Positions 62,012-64,000 of a stretch of DNA of 64,000 nucleotides are shown here, piece after piece. A model generated the notes under the pieces. The model saw only the letters and a program-made list of their open reading frames with translations. It made no database searches and had not been told where the DNA came from. Made by a program: the position numbers and the translations under genes. Origin of the DNA: Chloropicon primus (Eukaryota); NCBI GenBank assembly GCA_023205875.1, contig CP060762.1, forward strand, positions 496,001 to 560,000, read 5' to 3'. Each line of letters begins with the position of its first letter. The stretch's first letter is position 1.

Positions 62012-62995
62012 CTATACAACTCGCGTCAGCTTCTCGCAGAAGCTGACGTACGGATAAGTGTGACACATGTCCATGCCGTACCAATAGTTGATGGCGATGC
62101 AAGGGTGGCCGTCCTCGTCTGAGGCCTGGGAGACGGCGTGGAGCCACATAGCAGGCAAGTACAAGGCTTCCCCTGCTCTCACGGTGACTTGCATGGGAGG
62201 AGGTCCTGGTCCGTACGCACTCGGAGGTGAGTTGGGATAGATAGGACACCAACGCACAAGGCGCAGAGGGTCTTCTACATCAAGCTTGAGGCCTCTGTCG
62301 TACCGAGCAGCGGGAGCGGACCGCATACCGAGCCTGAACGAGTCCGTTGGCGGCAGCAGCATGAACGTCTTGATCCCGGTCACAACGAAGTACAAGTTCT
62401 CGTAGTGATCTCGATGCATTGTCGTCACGCTCCTCTCGTCCCCGATCCAGATGTTCACGGCCTCCGGAGGGCTTCCAAACGCTTCCGTTGCGAATGGCAC
62501 ATCCACGCCACAATCCTCCAGTAACGCAGGGAGCTCCGAGCTCAGCGAGGAGTTCTGTGCCGAAAGGTAAGGCACGCCTCCTCCGTCTTCCCTGCCCTTG
62601 AGCGCGGCCAGAAACTCGGCGAACTTCATTGTCCTCTCGAACGGCTGCGCGAAAACCTCGCGGCCCGACCCCTTGTCGTGCACCAGAGCATCGGCGTAGC
62701 CATCCGGCGTGAACGCCACCGTCACCTCGCAGTCCCCGACCCTCTCCTCCAGGTACTCGGCATTTGCCCAGGGTGATGTTCGCCACCTTTCGCGCTCCAC
62801 AGCTCCGCGAAACACCGCTGGTCTCGATGGCACGACGTACTTTCGAAGGAATCCCGCCGCATCACCCATCGGGTAATCTTCCGGAGAGACCCGCTCCACC
62901 CTCGTCCCAATCAATTCCCTTAACTCCTCGCTCAGCTCCACCAGCATCCTCCCTTCGTGTTCGCGTTCCTCCATCTCATCACAAGGACTCGGCAT
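62012..62995 (-). CDS. JMJD7: JmjC-only 2OG/Fe hydroxylase JMJD7
   Basis: TPDGYADA, YLSAQNSSL, AVNIWIGDERSVTTMHRDHYENLY (HxD), LYLPAMWLHAV (distal His), IAINYWY. Confidence 0.9.
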   Translation of the reverse strand: MPSPCDEMEEREHEGRMLVELSEELRELIGTRVERVSPEDYPMGDAAGFLRKYVVPSRPAVFRGAVERERWRTSPWANAEYLEERVGDCEVTVAFTPDGYADALVHDKGSGREVFAQPFERTMKFAEFLAALKGREDGGGVPYLSAQNSSLSSELPALLEDCGVDVPFATEAFGSPPEAVNIWIGDERSVTTMHRDHYENLYFVVTGIKTFMLLPPTDSFRLGMRSAPAARYDRGLKLDVEDPLRLVRWCPIYPNSPPSAYGPGPPPMQVTVRAGEALYLPAMWLHAVSQASDEDGHPCIAINYWYGMDMCHTYPYVSFCEKLTRVV

Positions 62996-62999
62996 TCTG

Positions 63000-63114
63000 T
63001 CTTCACCCCCCTTGGCATTGGCTTCACCCCTCTGCTCCCCTTGGCATTGGCTTCACTCCCTCTGCTCCCCTTCCCTTTGACTTCACTCCCTCTGCTTCAC
63101 TCCCTCTGCTTCAC
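63000..63114. repeat. Imperfect minisatellite with about 30-bp units decaying into 14-bp units
   Basis: CCCCTTGGCATTGGCTTCAC(T)CCCTCTGCT-like units in tandem, then CTTCACTCCCTCTG repeats, immediately upstream of JMJD7. Confidence 0.8.
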
Positions 63115-63266
63115 TGCTTGGCTGCCAAGTGGACCTTCCCGAGGCTTGGCGAAGTAGTGCACGAGGGAGGTTGGAGGAGAGGGGCGGACCACACGATTCT
63201 ACGTCTCAAGATCTTTCGTTTGACCGGTCGCTTGCGCTCTTGCGCTCTCGTTCACGACCTCTGTGC

Positions 63267-63267
<1 letters not shown>

Positions 63268-63306
<39 letters not shown>
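63268..63306. repeat. (CAT)13 microsatellite
   Basis: Perfect CAT run just upstream of the CoA-binding protein ATG. Confidence 0.95.
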
Positions 63307-63307
<1 letters not shown>

Positions 63308-63336
63308 TTCAACGAGGCATCCAACAGGGGAGGAGG

Positions 63337-63915
63337 ATGGCAAGCGAACGGAGTGTGACGACGCGCTCAATGTCAGCGTCCTACAGAGGGAACCTCCTGT
63401 CCGAGAGACAGGCCTTGGAGGTCGCCAGGGCGGCGAAGAGAGTGGCAGTACTCGGCATCAAGACGGCAGACAAGTCGAGCCAAGCTTCCTATTACGTGCC
63501 AGAGTATCTGCAGAGCCAGGGGGTGGAGGTGGTGCCAGTGCCAGTGTACTATCCAGAGGTGAAAGGTAAGGTTGCTCGGCTGCTGTGATTGCCATTTGGC
63601 GTCCCGCTGCTGACACTCATGAACTGCGTTCGTCTTGAATGGGTTGCAGAGATTCTGGGCGAGCGAGTGTATCGCACGGTGTCAGAGGTCCCATCAAGCT
63701 CCTCCCTGTGCATCGTGGACGTGTTCCGGAGGCCCAAGGACCTCCACCAGCATCTCGAGGACCTTTTACAGGCCAAGCCAAAGTGTGTCTGGCTTCAGAG
63801 TGGCATCTCCGACAGAGATTTCGAGGAGGAGCTTGCCAAGAATGGAATCAAGGTCGTCAGCTCGCGCTGTCTTCTCATGGACCACCAAAGAGCTGTGAGG
63901 CAGTCCAGCCTCTGA
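63337..63915 (+). CDS. CoA-binding protein, YccU-like (CoA_binding_2); intron 63566-63649
   Basis: RVAVLGIK...SYYVPEYLQSQG...PEVK|EILGERVY...IVDVFR...KCVWLQSGI...GIKVVSSRCL, joined by a phase-1 GTAAGG...TTGCAG intron. Confidence 0.9.
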
Positions 63916-64000
63916 GCAGCCCAGCCTCCGAGTCCTCGGAGTCGACGTCGGGGACTGACGACCAAACTAGGTTCGGTGTAGATGAAAAGTAAATCGGTTA

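Noticed and set aside
63000..63114. CRISPR-like array
   Set aside because: The repeats are adjacent with no unique spacers, the context is eukaryotic, and there are no cas genes. It is a minisatellite.
62764..63336. Poly-His N-terminal extension of the CoA-binding protein
   Set aside because: It arises from a (CAT)n microsatellite in a frame that overlaps JMJD7; the plausible ATG is at 63337.

Overview
This is a gene-dense, GC-rich eukaryotic nuclear window with about 26 protein-coding genes. Intergenic spacers are short, and I could resolve 11 short GT-AG introns, several with CTGAC/CTAAC branch points. OHP1, plant-type PEX13, a ThiD-ThiE module and plastid-like transit peptides point to a compact green alga (picoplanktonic, Chloropicon-like; this is inference). 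Gene order: F-box/ankyrin protein (partial), FAN1, unknown plastid-type protein, HUS1, MetAP1, POL5/MYBBP1A, P4-ATPase, NOM1/Sgd1, cytochrome P450 reductase, PEX13, PX-PH-AGC kinase, OHP1, RAE1, PWP1, degenerate P4H-ShK, possible FLIP/FIRRM, HAD-ThiD-ThiE fusion, P4H, double-domain membrane cyclase, PYROXD2, ABCF, UPL3-type HECT ligase, sugar porter, PF6/SPAG17, JMJD7 and a CoA-binding protein. The strongest leads are four: (1) a single-ORF HAD phosphatase-ThiD-ThiE thiamine enzyme; (2) an internally duplicated membrane guanylyl cyclase whose two halves carry complementary catalytic residues in reversed order; (3) an Akt/SGK-like PX-PH kinase in a green-lineage genome; (4) a fixed-spacing palindromic element (TCTTTCGAAAGAGC-N6-TCGAA) repeated in the same orientation upstream of unrelated genes. 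All calls come from motifs read by eye; no database searches were run. No rRNA, tRNA, CRISPR array or clear transposon was seen.
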